Position numbers and translations under genes: made by a program
Shown: one piece after another, positions 7,879-22,800 of the stretch
How the letters are laid out: every line of letters begins with the position of its first letter
How positions within the stretch are numbered: the first letter of the stretch is position 1
Source: Octopus sinensis
Taxonomy: Eukaryota
DNA: 64,000 bases
Direction: 5' to 3'
Assembly: GCF_006345805.1 (NCBI RefSeq)
Contig: NC_043010.1
Span: forward strand, 52,266,001-52,330,000
Notes under the pieces: model-generated
Told to the model about the DNA's origin: nothing
The model's input: the letters and a program-made list of their open reading frames with translations, nothing else
Database searches by the model: none

Positions 7879-10800
7879 AAGGAGGAGGGAATATTGAACA
7901 CTCCAGAGGGGGGATTTGAGTATGAAGGGGAGGAAGGGGAGGAAGGAATATTGAACAGTCCAGGGAAGGGGATTTGAAGGTGAAGGGGAGGAAGGGGAGG
8001 AAGGAATAATGAACATTCCAGAGAGGGGGATTTGAAGGTGAAGGTAAGGAATGGGAAGAAGGAATATTGAACATTCCAGAGAGGGGTATTTGAAGGTGAA
8101 CGTAAGGAATGGGAAGAAGGAATATTGAACATTCCAGAGAGGGGGTTTTGAAGGTAAATGGGATGAATGGGAATAAGGAATGTTGAACATTCCAGAGATG
8201 GGGATTTGAAGGTGAAGGGTAGGAAGGGGAGAAAGGAATATTGAACATTGCAGAGAGGGGGATTTGAAGGTGAAGGGGAGGAAGGGGAGGAAGGAATATT
8301 GACCATTCCAGAGAGGGGGTTTGAAGGTAAAGGGGAGGAATGGGAAGAAGGAATATTGAACATTCCAGAGAGGGGATTTGAAGGTGAAGGGGAGGAAGGG
8401 GAGCAAGGAATATTGAACATTCCAGAGAGGGGGATTTGAAGGTGAAGGGGGAAGGGTAGGAAGGAATATTGAACATTCCAGAGAGGGGGATTTGAAGGTG
8501 AAGGGGAGGAAGGAATATTGAACATTCCAGAGAGGGGGATTTGAAGGTAAAGGGGAGGAAGGGGAGGAAGGAATATTGAACATTCCAGAGAGGGGGATAT
8601 GAAGGTGAAGGGGAGGAAGGGGGAGAAACGAATATTGAACATCCAGAGAGGGGGATTTGAAGGTGAAGGGGAGGAAGGGGAGCAAGGAATATTGAACATT
8701 CCAGAGGGGGGATTTGAAGGTGAAGGGGGAAGGGGAGGAAGGAATATTGAACATTCCAGAGAGGGGGATTTGAAGGTGAAGGGGAGGAAGGAGAGGAAGG
8801 AATATTGAACATTCCAGAGAGGGGGATTTGAAGGTGAAGGGGGGAAGGGGAGGAAGGAATATTGAACATTCCAGAGAGGGGGATTTGAAGTTAAAGGGGA
8901 GGAATGGGAAGAAGGAATATTGAACATTCCAGAGAGGGGGAATTTAAGGTAAAGGGGAGGAATGGGAAAAAGGAATATTGAACATGCCAGAGAGGGGGAT
9001 TTGAAGGTGAATGTAAGGAATGGGAAGTAGGAATATTGAACATTCCAGAGAGGGGGATTTGAAGGTGAATGTAAGGAATGGGAAGAAGAAATAATGAACA
9101 TTCCAGAGAGGGGGATTTGAAGGTAAAGGGGAGAAATGGGAAGAAGGAATATTGGACATTCCAGAGAGGGGGATTTGAAGGTGAAGGGGAGGAATGGGAA
9201 GAAGGAATATTGTACATTCCAGAGAGGGGGATTTGAAGGTAAAGTGGAGGAATGGGAAGAAGGAATATTGAACATTCCAGAGAGGGGGATTTGAAGGTAA
9301 AGGGGTGGAATAGGAAGAAGGAATATTGAACATTCCAGAGAGGGGGATTTCAAGGTGAAGGTAAGGAATGGGATGAAGGAATATTGAACATTCCAGAGAG
9401 GGGGATTTCAAGGTAAAGGGGAGGAATGGGAAGAAGAAATATTGAACATTCCAGAGAGGGGGATTTGAAGGTGAAGGGGAGGAAGGGGGGAAGGAATATT
9501 CAACATTCCAGAGAGGGGGATTTGAAGGTGAAGGGGAGGAAGGATAGGAAGGAATAATGAAAATTGCAGAGAGAGGGATTTGAAGGTAAATGGGAGGAAT
9601 GGGACGAAGGAATATTGAACATTCCAGAGAGGGAGTTTTGAAGGTGAAAGGGAGGAAGGGGAGGACGGAATATTGAACATTCCAGAGAGGGGGATTTGAA
9701 GGTGAAGGGGGGAAGGGGAGGAAGGAATAATGAACATTCCAGAGAGGGGGATTTGAAGGTAAATGGGAGGAATGGGAAGAAGGAATATTGAACATTCCAG
9801 TGACGGGGATTTGAAGGTGAAGGGGAGGGAAAGGAGGAGGGAATATTGAACACTCCAGAGGGGGGATTTGAGTATGAAGGGGAGGAAAGGGAGGAAGGAA
9901 TATTGAACATTCCAGAGAAGGGGATTTAAAGGTGAAGGGGAGGAAGGGGAGGAAGGAATAATGAACATTCCAGAGAGGGGGATTTGAAGGTGAAGGTAAG
10001 GAATGGGAAGAAGGAATATTGAACATTCCAGAAAGGGGTATTTGAAGGTGAACGTAAGGAATGGGAAGAAGGAATATTGAACATTCCAGAGAGGGGGTTT
10101 TGAAGGTAAATGGGAGGAATGGGAATAAGGAATGTTGAACATTCCAGAGATGGGGATTTGAAGGTGAATGGGAGGAAGGGGAGAAAGGAATATTGAACAT
10201 TCCAGAGAGGGGGATTTGAAGGTGAAGGGGAGGAAGGGGAGGAAGTAATATTGACCATTCCAGAGAGGGGGTTTGAAGGTAAAGGGGAATAATGGGAAGA
10301 AGGAATATTGAACATTCCAGAGAGGGGATTTGAAGGCGAAGGGGTGGAAGGGGAGCAAGGAATATTGAACATTCCAGAGAGGGGGATTTCAAGGTGAAGG
10401 GGGAAGGGGAGGAAGGAATATTGAACATTCCAGAGAGGGGGATTTGAAGGTGAAGGGGAGGAAGGAATATTGAACATTCCAGAGAGGTGGATTTGAAGGT
10501 AAAGGGGAGGAAGGGGAGGAAGGAATATTGAACATTCCAGAGAGGGGGATTTGAAGGTGAAGGGGAGGAAGGGGAGGAAGGAATATTGAACATTCAAGAG
10601 AGGGGGATTTGAAGGTGAAGGGAAGGAAGGTGAGGAAGGAATTTTTAACATTCCAGAGAGATGGATTTGAAGGTGAAGGGGAGGAAGGGGAGGAAGGAAT
10701 GTTGAACATTCCAGAGAGGGGTATTTGAAGGTAAAGGGGAGGAATGGGAAGAAGGAATATTGAACATTCCAGAGAGGGGGATTTGAAGGTGAAGGGGAGG

Positions 10801-13800
10801 AAAGAGGAGAGAGAAGGAATATTGAACATTCCAGAGAGGGGATTTGAAGGGAAAGGGGGGAGGGGAGGAAGGAATATTGAAAATTCCAGGAGAGGGATTT
10901 GAAGTTAAAGTGGAGGAAGGAGAAGAATGGGAAGAAGGAATATGAACATTCCAGAGAGGGGGAATTAAGGTAAAGGGGGGAGGATGGGAAAAAGGAATAT
11001 ATGAACATGCCAGAGAGGGGGATTTGAAGGTGAATGTAAGTAATGGGAAGAAGAAGAAAATAATGAACATTCCAGAGAGGGGGATTTGAAGGTAAAGGGG
11101 AGAAATGGGAAGAAGGAATATTGGACATTCCAGAGAGGGGGATTTGAAGGTGAAGGGGAGGAATGGGAAGAAGGAATATTGTACATTCCAGAGAGGGGGA
11201 TTTGAAGGTAAAGTGGAGGAATGGGAAGAAGGAATATTGAACATTCCAGAGAGGGGGATTTGAAAATAAAGGGGTGGAATAGGAAGAAGGAATATTGAAC
11301 ATTCCAGAGAGGGGGATTTGAAGGTGAAGGTAAGGAAAGGGAAGAAGGAATATTGAACAATCCAGAGAGGGGGATTTCAAGGTAAAGGGGAGGAATGGGA
11401 AGAAGAAAGATTGAACATTACAGAGAGGGGTTTTGAAGGTGAAGGGGAGGAAGGGGAGGAAGGAATATTCAACATTCCAGAGAGGGGGATTTGAAGGTGA
11501 AGGGGAGGAAGAATAGGAAGGAATATTGAAAATTCCAGAGAGAGGGATTTGAAGGTAAAGGGGAGGAATGGGAAGAAGGAATATTGAACATTCCAGAGAG
11601 GGAGTTTTGAAGGTGAATGGGAGGAAGGGGAGGACGGAATATAGAACATTCCAGAGAGGGGGATTTGAAGGTGAAGGGGGGAAGGGGAGGAAGGAATAAT
11701 GAACATTCCAGAGAGGGGGATTTGAAGGTAAATGGGAGGAATGGGAAGAAGGAATATTGAACATTCCAGTGACGGGGATTTGAAGGTGAAGGGGAGGGAA
11801 AGGAGGAGGGAATATTGAACACTCCAGAGGGGGGATTTGAGTATGAAGGGGAGGAAGGGGAGGAAGGAATATTGAACATTCCAGAGAAGGGGATTTGAAG
11901 GTGAAGGGGAGGAAGGGGAGGAAGGAATAATGAACATTCCAGAGAGGGGGATATGAAGGTGAAGGTAAGGAATGGGAAGAAGGAATATTGAACATTCCAG
12001 AGAGGGGGAATTGAAGGTGAATGTAAGGAATGGGAAGAAGGAATATTGAACATTCCAGAGAGGGGGATTTGAAGGTAAAGGGGAGGAATGAGAAGAAGGA
12101 ATATTGAACATTCCAGAGAGGTGGATTTCAAGGTAAAGGGGAGGAATGGGAAGAAGGAATATTGAACATTCCAGAGAGGGGGATTTCGAGGTGAAGGAAA
12201 GGAATGGGAAGAAGGAATATTGAACATTACAGAGAGGGGGATTTGAAGGTGAAGGGTAGGAATGGGAGAAGGAATGAAACATTCCAGAGAGGGGGATTTG
12301 AAGAAGGTGAAAGGGGAGGAAGGGGAGGAAGGAATATTGAACATTCGAGAGAGGGGGATTTGAAGGTGAAGGGGAGGAAGGGGAAGGAATATTGAACCTT
12401 CCAGAGAGGGGGATTTGAAGGTGAAGGGGAAGTGGAGGAAGGAATATTGAACATTCCAGAGAGAGGGATTTGAAGGTGAAGGGGAGGAAGGGGGAAGGAA
12501 TATTGAACATTCCAGAGAGGGGGATTTGAAGGTAAATGGGAGGAAAGGAAAAGGGAAGAAAGGATATTGAACATTCCAGAGAGGGATTTGAAGGTGAGGA
12601 GGAGGAAGGGGTGGAAGGAAGGAAGGGGTGGAAGGAATATTGAACATTCCAGCGAGGAGGATTTGAAGGTGAAGGGGAGGAATGGGAGGAAGGAATATTG
12701 AACATTCCAGAGAGGGGGATTTGAAGGTAAAGGGAGGAATGGGAAGAAGGAATATTGAACATTAACAGAGAGGGGGATTTGAAGGTGAAATGGAGGAAGG
12801 AGAAGAAGGAATATTGAACATTCCAGAGAGGGTGAATTCAAGGTAAACGGGAGGAATGGGAAGAAGGAATATTGAACATTCCAGAGAGGGGGATTTGAAG
12901 GTGAAGGTAAGGAATGGGAAGAAGGAATATTGAACATTCCAGAGAGGGGGATTTGAAGGTGAAGGTAAGGAATGGGAAGAAGGAATATTGAACATTCCAG
13001 AGAAGGGGATTTGAAGGTGAATGTAAGGAATGAGAAAAAGGAATATAAAACATTCCAGAGAGGGGGATTGAAGGTAAATGGGAGGAATGGGAAGAAGGAA
13101 TATTGAACATTCCAGAGGGGGATTGAAGGTAAAGGGGAAGAGGGAGGATGGGAAGAAGGAATATTGAACATTCCAGAGAGGGGGATTTGAAGGTAAAGGG
13201 AGGAATGGGAAGAAGGAATATTGAACATTCTAGAGAGGGGGATTCAAGGTGAAGGGGAGGAAGGGGAGGGGGAGGAAGGAATATTGAACATTCCAGAAAG
13301 GGGATTTGAAGGTGAAGGGGAGGAAAAGGAGGAGGGAATATTGAACATTCCAGAGAGGGGGATTTGAAGGTGAAGGGGAGGAAGGGGAGGAATGATTATT
13401 GAACATTCCAGAGAGGGGGATTTGAAGGTAAGGAAGGGAGGAAGGGAAGGAAGGAAATATGACATTCCAGAGAGGGGATTTGAAGGTGAAGGGGTGAAGG
13501 GGAGAAAAGGAGGAGGGAATATTGAACATTCCAGAGGGGGGATTTGAAGATGGAGGGGAGGGGAGGAGGTGGAGGAAGGAAAGGAAGGAATATTGAACAA
13601 TCCAGAGGGGGTGATTTGAAGGTGAAGGGGGAGGAAATTGCGGAAGGAATATTGAACATTCCAGAGAGGGGGATTTGAAGGTGAAGGGGGGAGGAAGGGA
13701 GGAAGGAATATTGAACATTCCAGAGAGGGGGATTGAAGGTGAAGGGCAGAAGGGGGAAGGAAGGAATATTGAACATTCCAGAGAGGGGGATTTGAAGGTG

Positions 13801-16800
13801 AAGGGGAGGAAGGGGAGGAAGGAATATTGAACATTCCAGAGAGGGGGATTTGAAGGTGAAAGGGAGGAAGGGGAGGAAGGAATATTGAACATTCCAGAGA
13901 GTGGGATTTGAAGGTGAAGGGGAGGAAGGGAAGAAGGAATATTGGAAATTCCAGAGAGGGGGAATTTGAAGGTGAAGGGGAGGAAGGGGAGGAAGGAATA
14001 TTGAACATTCCAGAGAGGGGGATTTGAAGGTGAAGGGGGAGGAAGGGTGGAGGAAGGAATATTGAACATTCGAGAGGAGGATTTGAAGGTGAAGGGGAAG
14101 AAGAAGGGGAGGAAGGAATATGAACATTCCAGAGAGGGGGATTTGAAGGTGAAGGGGAGGTAGGGGAGGAAGAATATTGAACATTCCAGAGAGGGGGATT
14201 TGAAGGTGAAAGGGGAGGAATGGAGAAGGAATATTGAACATTACAGAGAGGGGGATTTGAAGGTGAAGGGAGGAAGGGGAGAAAGAAGGAATATTGAACA
14301 TTCCAGAGAGGGGATTTGAAGGTGAAGGGGAGGAAGGGGAGGAAGGAATATTGAACATTCCAGAGAGGGGGATTTGAAGGTTAAGAGGGAGGAAGGGGTG
14401 GAAGGAATATTGAACATTCCAGAGAGGGGGATTTTGAAGGAGAAGGGGGGAAGGGGAGGAAGGAATATTGAACATTCCAGAGGGGGGGGGGGAAGGTGGG
14501 AAGGTAGAGGTAAGGAGTGGGAAGAAGGAATTGAACATTCCAGAGAGGGGGATTGGATTTGAAGGTGAAGTAAGGAAGGGGAAAAAGGAATATTGAACAT
14601 TCCAGAGAGGGGGATTTGAAGGTAAAGGGGAGAAATGGGAAGAAGGAATTTTGAACATTCCAGAGAGGGGGATTAGAAGGTAAAGGGGAGGAATGGGAAG
14701 ATGGAATATTGGACATTCCATAGAGGGGGATTTCAAGGTAAACGGGAGGAATGGGAAGAAGGAATATTGAACATTCCAGAGAGGGGAATTTCAAGGTGAA
14801 GGGGAGGAAGGCGAGGAAGGAATATTGAACAATCCAGAGAGGGGGATTTGAATGTGAAGGGGAGGAAAAGGAGGAGGGAATATTGAACATTCCAGAGAAG
14901 GGGATTTGAAGATGAAGCGGAGGAAGGGTAGGAAGGAATATTGTACATTACAGAGAGAGGGATTTGAAGGGGAAGGGGAGGAAGGGGAGGAAGGATTATT
15001 GAACATTCCAGAAAGGGGGATTTGAAGGTGAAGGGGAGGAAGGGGAGGAAGGAATATTGAAAATTCCAGAGAGGGGAATTTGAAGGTGAAAGGGAGGAAG
15101 GGGAGGAAGGAATATTGAATATTCCAGAGAGTGGGATTTGAAGGTGAAGAGGAGGAAGGTGAAGAAGGAATATTGGACATTCCAGAGAGGGGAATTTGAA
15201 GGTGAAGGGGAGGAAGGGGAGGAAGGAATATTGAACATTCCAGAGAGGGGGATTTGAAGGTAAATGGGAGGAATGGAAAGAAGGAATATTGAACATTCCA
15301 GAGAGGGGGATTTGAAGGTGAAGGGGGAGGGAGGGAGGAAGGAAGGAATATTGAACATTCCAGAGAGGAGGATTTGAAGGTGAAGGGGAAAGAATGAAGA
15401 AGGGGGAGGAATATTGAACATTCCAGAGGGGGGATTTGAAGGTGAAGGGGAGAGGAAGGGGAAGGAAGGAATATTGAACATTCCAGAGAGGGGGATTGAA
15501 GGTAAAGGAGGAATGGGAAGAAGGAATATTGAAGATTACAGAGAGGGGGTTTGAAGGTGAAGGGGAGGAAGGGGAGAAGAAGGAATATTGAACATTCCAG
15601 AGAGGGGAATTCAGGTAAAGGGAGGAAGAGGAGGAATGGGGAAGAAGGAATATTGAACATTCCAGAGAGGGGGATTTGAAGGTGAAGGTAAGGAATGGGA
15701 AGAAGGAATATTGAACATTCCAGAGAGGGGGATCTGAAGGTGAAGGTAAGGAGTGGGAAGAAGGAATATTAAACATTCCAGAGAGATGGATTTGAAGGTG
15801 AAGGGGAGGAAGGGGAGGAAGGAATATTGAACATTCCAGAGAGGGGTATTTGAAGGTAAATGGGAGGAATGGGAAGAAGGAATATTGAACATTCCAGAGA
15901 GGGGGATTTGAAGGTGAAGGGGAGGAAGTAGAGGAAGGAATATTGAACATTCCAGAGAGGGGGATTTGAAGGTGAAGGTGAGGAATGGGAAGATGGAATA
16001 TTGAACATTCCAGAGAGGGGGATCTGAAGGTGAAGGTAAGGAGTGGGAAGAAGGAATATTGAACATTCCAGAGAGGGGGATTTGAAGGTGAATGTAAGGA
16101 ATGGGAAAAAGGAACATTGAACATTCCAGAGAGGGGGATTTGAAGGTAAAGGGGAGAAATGGGAAGAAGGAATTTTGAACATTCCAGAGAGGGGGATTAG
16201 AAGGTAAAGGGGAGGAATGGGAAGATGGAATATTGGACATTCCATAGAGGGGGATTTCAAGGTAAACGGGAGGAATGGGAAGAAGGAATATTGAACATTC
16301 CAGAGAGGGGAATTTCAAGGTGAAGGGGAGGAGGGGGAAGGAAGGAATATTGAACAATCCAGAGAGGGGGATTTGAAGGTGAAGGGGAGGAAAAGGAGGG
16401 GGAATATTGAACATTCCAGAGAAGGGGATTTGAAGGTGAAGGGAGGAAGGGAGGAAGGAATTGAACATTCCAGAGAGAGGGATTTGAAGGGGAAGAAGGG
16501 GAGGAAGGAAGGGGAGAAGGATTATTGAACATTCCAGAGAGGGGGATTTGAGGGAAGGGGAGGAAGGGAGGAAGGAATATTGAACATTCCAGAGAGGGGA
16601 TTTGAAGGTGAAGGGAGGAAGGGGAGGAAGGAATATTGAACATTCCAGAGAGGGGGATTTGAAGGTGAAGGGAGGAAGGGGAGAAGGAATATTGAACATT
16701 CCAGAGAGGGGGATTTGAAGGTGAAGGGGAGGAAGGGGAGGGAGGAAGGAATATTGAACATTCCAGAGAGGGGGATTTGAAGGTAAATGGGAGGAATGGA

Positions 16801-19800
16801 AAGAAGGAATATTGAACATTCCAGAGAGGGGGATTTGAAGGTGAAGGGGAGGAAGGGGTGGAAGGAATATTGAACATTCCAGAGAGGAGGATTTGAAGGT
16901 GAAGGGGAAGAATGGGAGGAAGGAATATTGAACATTCCAGAGGGGGATTTGAAGGTAAGGGGAGAAAGGAAGGAGGAAGGGGAAGGAATATTGAACATTC
17001 CAGAGAGGGGGATTTGAAGGTAAAGTGAGGAAGGGAAGAAGGGAAGAAGGAATATTGAACATTCCAGAGAGGGGTATTTGGAGGTGAAGGGGAGGAAGGG
17101 GAAGGAGAAGAAGGAATATTGAACATTCCAGAGAGGGGAATTTGAAGGTAGGGGAGGAAGGAGGAATGGGAAGAAGGAATATTGAACATTCCAGAGAGGG
17201 GGATTTGAAGGTGAAGGTAAGGAATGGGAGAAGGAGGAATATTGAACATTCCAGAGAGAGGGGGATTTGAAGGTGAGAGAGGAGTGGGAAGAAGGAATAT
17301 TAAACATTCCAGAGAGGGGGATTTGAAGGTGAAGGGGAGGAAGGAAGGGGAGGAAGGAATATTGAACATTCCAGAGGAGGGGTATTTGAAGGTAAAGGGG
17401 AGGAATGGGAAGAAGAAGGAATATTGAACATTCCAGAGAGGGGGATTTGAAGGTGAAGGGGAGGAAGAGAAGGAAGGAATATTGAACATTCCAGAGAGGG
17501 GGATTTGAAGGTGAAGGGGAGGAAGGGGGAGGAAGGAATATTGAACATTCCAGAGAGGGGGATTTGAAGTTAAAGGGGAGAATGGAAGAAGAAGGAAGGA
17601 ATATTGAACATTCCAGAGAGGGGGAATTTGAAGGTAAAGTGGAGGAATGGGAAAAAGGAATATTGAACATTCCAGGGAGGGGGATTTGAAGGTGAATGGA
17701 GGAATGGGAAGAAGGAATATTGAACATTCCAGAGAGGGGGATTTTGAAGGAGGTGAATGTAAGGAATGGGAAGAAGAAATAATGAACATTCCAGAGAGGG
17801 GGATTTGAAGGTAAAGGGGAGAAATGGGAAGAAGGAATATTGGACATTCCAGAGAGGGGGATTTGAAGGTGAAGGGGAGGAATGGGAAGAAGGAATATTG
17901 TACATTCCAGAGAGGGGGATTTGAAGGTAAAGTGGAGGAATGGGAAGAAGGAATATTGAACATTCCAGAGAGGGGGATTTGAAGGTGAAGGGGAGGAAGG
18001 GGAGGAAGGAATATTGACCATTCCAGAGAGGGGGTTTGAAGGTAAAGGGGAGGAATGGGAAGAGGGAATATTGAACATTCCAGAGAGGGGATTTGAAGGT
18101 GAAGGGGAGGAAGGGGAGCAAGGAATATTGAACATTCCAGAGAGGGGGATTTGAAGGTGAAGGGGGGAAGGGGAGGAAGGAATATTGAACATTCCAGAGA
18201 GGGTGATTTGAAGGTGAAGGGGAGGAAGGAATTTTGAACATTCCAGAGAGGGGGATTTGAAGGTAAAGGGGAGGAAGGTGAGGAAGGAATATTGAACATT
18301 CCAGAGAGGGGGATTTGAAGGGAGGGGTAGGAATGGGGAAGAAGGAATATTGAACATTCCAGAGGGGGATTGAAGGTGAAAGGGAGGAAGGGGAGGAAGG
18401 AATATTGAACATTCCAGAGAGGAGAATTTGAAGGTGAAGGGAGGAAGGGGAGGAAGGAATATTGAACATTCCAGAGAGGGGGATTTGAAGGTGAAGGGGA
18501 GGAAGGGGGGGAAGAAATATTGAACATTCCAGAGAAGGGGATTTGAAGGTGAAGGGAGGAAGGGAGAACATTAGGGGGATTTGAAGGTGAAGGGGAGGAA
18601 GGGGAGGAAGGAATATTGAACATTCTAGAGAGGGGAATTTGAAGGTGAAGGGGAGGAAGTGGTGGAAGGAATATTGGACATTCTAGAGAGGGGGATTTGA
18701 AGGTGAAGGGGAGGAAGGGGAGGAAGGAATATTGAACATTCCAGAGAGGGGGATTTGAAGGTGAAGGGGAGGAAGGGGAGGAAGGAATATTGAACATTCC
18801 AGAGAGGGGGATTTGAAGGTAAAGGGGAGGAATGGGAAGAAGGAATATTGAACATTCCAGAGAGGGGGATTTGAAGGTGAAGGGGAGGAAGGGGAGGAAG
18901 GAATATTGAACATTCCAGAGAGGGGGATTTGAAGGTGAAGGGGAGGAAGGGGAGGATGGGGGAAGGAAGGAGGAATATTGAACATTCCAGAGAGGGGATT
19001 TAAAGGTGAAGGGGAGGAAGGAGGAGAGGAGGAGGAGGAAGGAATATTGAACATTCCAGAGAGGGGGATTTGAAGGTAAAGGGGAGGAATGGGAAGAAGG
19101 AATATTGAACATTACAGAAAGGGGATTGAAGGTGAAGGGGAGGAAGGAGAGGAAGGAACATTGAACATTCCAGAGAGGGGGATTTGAAGGTAAAGGGAAG
19201 GAATGGGAAGAAGGAATATTGAACATTCCAGAGAGGGGGATTTGAAGGTGAAGGTAAGGAATGGGAAGAAGGAATATTGAACATTCCAGAGAGGGGGAAT
19301 TGAAGGTGAATGTGGAAGGGAAGATGGGAAGGAAGGAATATTGAACATTCCAGAGAGGGGGATTTGAAGGTAAAGGGGAGGGATGGGAGAAGGAATATTG
19401 AACATTCCAGAGAGGGGGATTTGAAAGTAAAGGGGAGGAATGGGAAGAAGGAATATTGAACATTCCAGAGAGGGGGATTTGAAGGGTGAACGAAGGAATG
19501 GGAAGAAGGAATATTGAACATTCCAGAGAGGGGATTTGAAGGAAGGGGAGGAATGGGAAAGGAAGAAGGAATATTGAACATTCCAGAGAGGGGGAGGGGG
19601 ATTTGAAGGTAAAGGGAGGAATGGGAAGAAGGAATATTGAACATTCCAGAGAGGGGGATTTGAAGGTGAATGTAAGGAATGGGAAGAAGGAATATTGAAC
19701 ATTCCAGAGAGGGGGATTTGAAGGTGAAGGGAAGGAAGGGGAGGAAGGAATATTGAACATTCCAGAGAGGGGGATTTGAAGGTGAAGGGGAGGAAGGGGA

Positions 19801-22800
19801 GGAAGGAATATTGAACATTCCAGAGAGGGGGATTTGAAGGTGAAGGGGAGGAAGGAGGAGGGAAGAAGAATATTGAACATTCCAGAGAGGGGTATTTGAA
19901 GGTAAAGGGAGGAATGGGAAGAAGGAATATTGAACATTCCAGAGAGGGGGATTTGAAGGTGAAGGGGAGGAAGGGGAGGAAGGAATATTGAACATTCCAG
20001 AGAGGGGGATTTGAAGGTGAAAGGGGGGAGGGGAGGAAGGAATATTGAAAATTCCAGAGAGAGGGGGATTTGAAGTTAAAGGGGAGGAAGGGAAGGAAGG
20101 AATATTGAACATTCCAGAGAGGGGGATTTGAAGGTAAAGGGGAGGAATGGGAAAAAGGAATATTGAACATGCAGAGAGAGGGGGATTTGAAGGTGAAGGT
20201 AAGGAAGGGGAAGAAGAAATAATGAACATTCCAGAGAGGGGGATTTGAAGGTAAAGTGGAGGAATGGGAAGAAGGAATATTGAACATTCCAGAGAGGGGG
20301 ATTTGAAGGTAAAGGGGTGGAATAGGAAGAAGGAATATTGAACATTCCAGAGAGGGGGATTTGAAGGTGAAGGTAAGGAATGGGAAGAAGGAATATTGAA
20401 CATTCCAGAGAGGGGGATTTCAAGGTAAAGGGGAGGAATGGGAAGAAGAAAGATTGAACATTCCAGAGAGGGGATTTGAAGGTGAAGGGGAGGAAGGGGA
20501 GGAGGAAGAATATTGAACATTCCAGAGAGGGGGATTTGAAGGTGAAGGGGAGGAAGAATAGGAAGGAATATTGAAAATTCCAGAGAGAGGGATTTGAAGG
20601 TAAAGGGGAGGAAGGGGAAGAAGGAATATTGAACATTCCAGAGAGGGGGAGTTTGAAGGTGAAAGGGAGGAAGGGGAGGACGGAATATTGAACATTCCAG
20701 AGAGGGGGATTTGAAGGTGAAGGGGGGGAAGGGGAGGAAGGAATAATGAACATTCCAGAGAGGGGGATTTGAAGGTAAATGGGAGGAATGGGAAGAAGGA
20801 AATTGAACATTCCAGTGACGGGGATTTGAAGGTGAAGGGGAGGAAGGAGGAAGGAATATTGAACATTCCAGAGAGGGGGATTGAGGTGAAGGGGAGGAAG
20901 GGGAGGAAGGAATATTGAACATTCCAGAGAGGGGGATTTGAAGGTGAAGGGGAGGAAGGGGAGGAAGGAATAATGAACATTCCAGAGAGGGGGATTTGAA
21001 GGTGAAGGTAAGGAATGGGAAGAAGGAATATTGAACATTCCAGAGAGGGGGAATTGAAGGTGAATGTAGGAAGGGAAGAAGGAATATTGAACATTCCAGA
21101 GAGGGGGATTTGAAGGTAAAGGGGAGAATGAGAAAGAAGGAATATTGAACATTCCAGAGAGGGGGATTTGAAGAAGTAAAGGGGAGGAATGGGAAGAAGG
21201 AATATTGAACATTCCAGAGAGGGGGATTTGAGGTGAAGGGAGGAATGGAAGAAGGAAATTGAACATTACAGAGAGGGGGATTTGAAGGTAAAGGGAGGAA
21301 TGGGAAGAAGGAACATTGAAAATTCCAGAGAGGGGGATTTGAAGGTGATGGGGAGGAAGGGGAGGAAGGAATATTGAACATTCGAGAGAGGGGGATTTGA
21401 AGGTGAAGGGGAGGAAAAGGAGGATGGAATATTGAACCTTCCAGCGAGGGGGATTTCAAGGTGAAACGGAGGAAGTGGAGGAAGGAATATTGTACATTCC
21501 AGAGAGAGGGATTTGAAGGTAAAGGGGAGGAAGGGGGAAGGAATATTGAACATTCCAGAGAGGGGGATTTGAAGGTAAATGGAGGAAGGGGAAAGGGAAG
21601 AAGGAATATGAACATTCCAGAGAGGGGGATTGAAGGTGAAGGGAGGAAGGGGAGGAGGGGAAGGAATATTGAACATTCCAGCGAGAGGGGGATTGAAGGT
21701 GAAGGGGGGGAAGGAGGAAGAGGAGGAAGGAATATTGAACATTCCAGAGAGGGGGATTTGAAGGTAAAGGGAGGGGGAAATGTGAAGAAGGAATATTGAA
21801 CATTAATAGAGAGGGGATTTGAAGGTGAGGTGAAATGGAGGAAGGGGAAGAAGGAATATTGAACATTCCAGAGAGGGGGAATTCAAGGTAAACGGGAGGA
21901 ATGGGAGAAGGAATATTGAACATTCCAGAGAGGGGGATTTGAAGGTGAAGGTAAGGAATGGGAAGAAGGAATATTGAACATTCCAGAGAGGGGGATTTGA
22001 AGGTGAAAGTAAGGAATGGGAAGAAGGAATATTGAACATTCCAGAGAAGGGGATTTGAAGGTAAAGGGGAGGAATGGGAAGAAGGAATATTGAACATTCC
22101 AGAGAGGGGGATTTGAAGGTGAAGGGGAGGAATGGGAAGAAGGAATATTGAACATTCCAGAGAGGGGGATTTGAAGGTGAAGGGGAGGAAGGGGAGGAAG
22201 GAATATTGAACATTCCAGAGAGGGGGATTTGAAGGTGAAGGGAAGGAAGGGGAGGAAGGAATTTTGAACATTCCAGAGAGGGGGATTTGAAGGTGAAGGG
22301 GAGGAAGGGGAGGAAGGAATATTGAACATTCCAGAAAGAGGGATTTGAAGGTGAAGGGGAGGAAAAGGAGGAGGGAATATTGAACATTCCAGAGAGGGGG
22401 ATTTGAAGGTGAAGGGGAGGAAGGGGAGGAAGGAATATTGAACATTCCAGAGAGGGGAGATTTGAAGGTGAAGGGGAGGAAGGGGAAGGAAGAATATTGA
22501 ACATTCCAGAGAGGGGGATTTGAAGGTGAAGGGAGGAGGGGGGAAGGAATATTGAACATTCCAGAGAGGGGGATTTGAAGGTGAAGGGGAGGAATGGGAA
22601 AAGAAATATTGAACATTCCAGAGAGGGGGATTTGAAGGTAAAGGGGAGGAATGGGAAGAAGGAATATGGAACATTCAGAGAGGGGGATTTGAAGGTGAAG
22701 GGGAGGAATGGGAGAGAAGGAATATTGAACATTCCAGAGAGGGGGATTTGAAGGTAAAGTGGAGGAATGGAAGAAGGAATATTGAACATTCCAGAGAGGG

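Noticed and set aside
7728-7900. Direct junction between the SINE-rich flank and satellite A as a heterochromatin boundary
   Set aside because: The two are separated by a 100-N placeholder gap, so adjacency is unproven.
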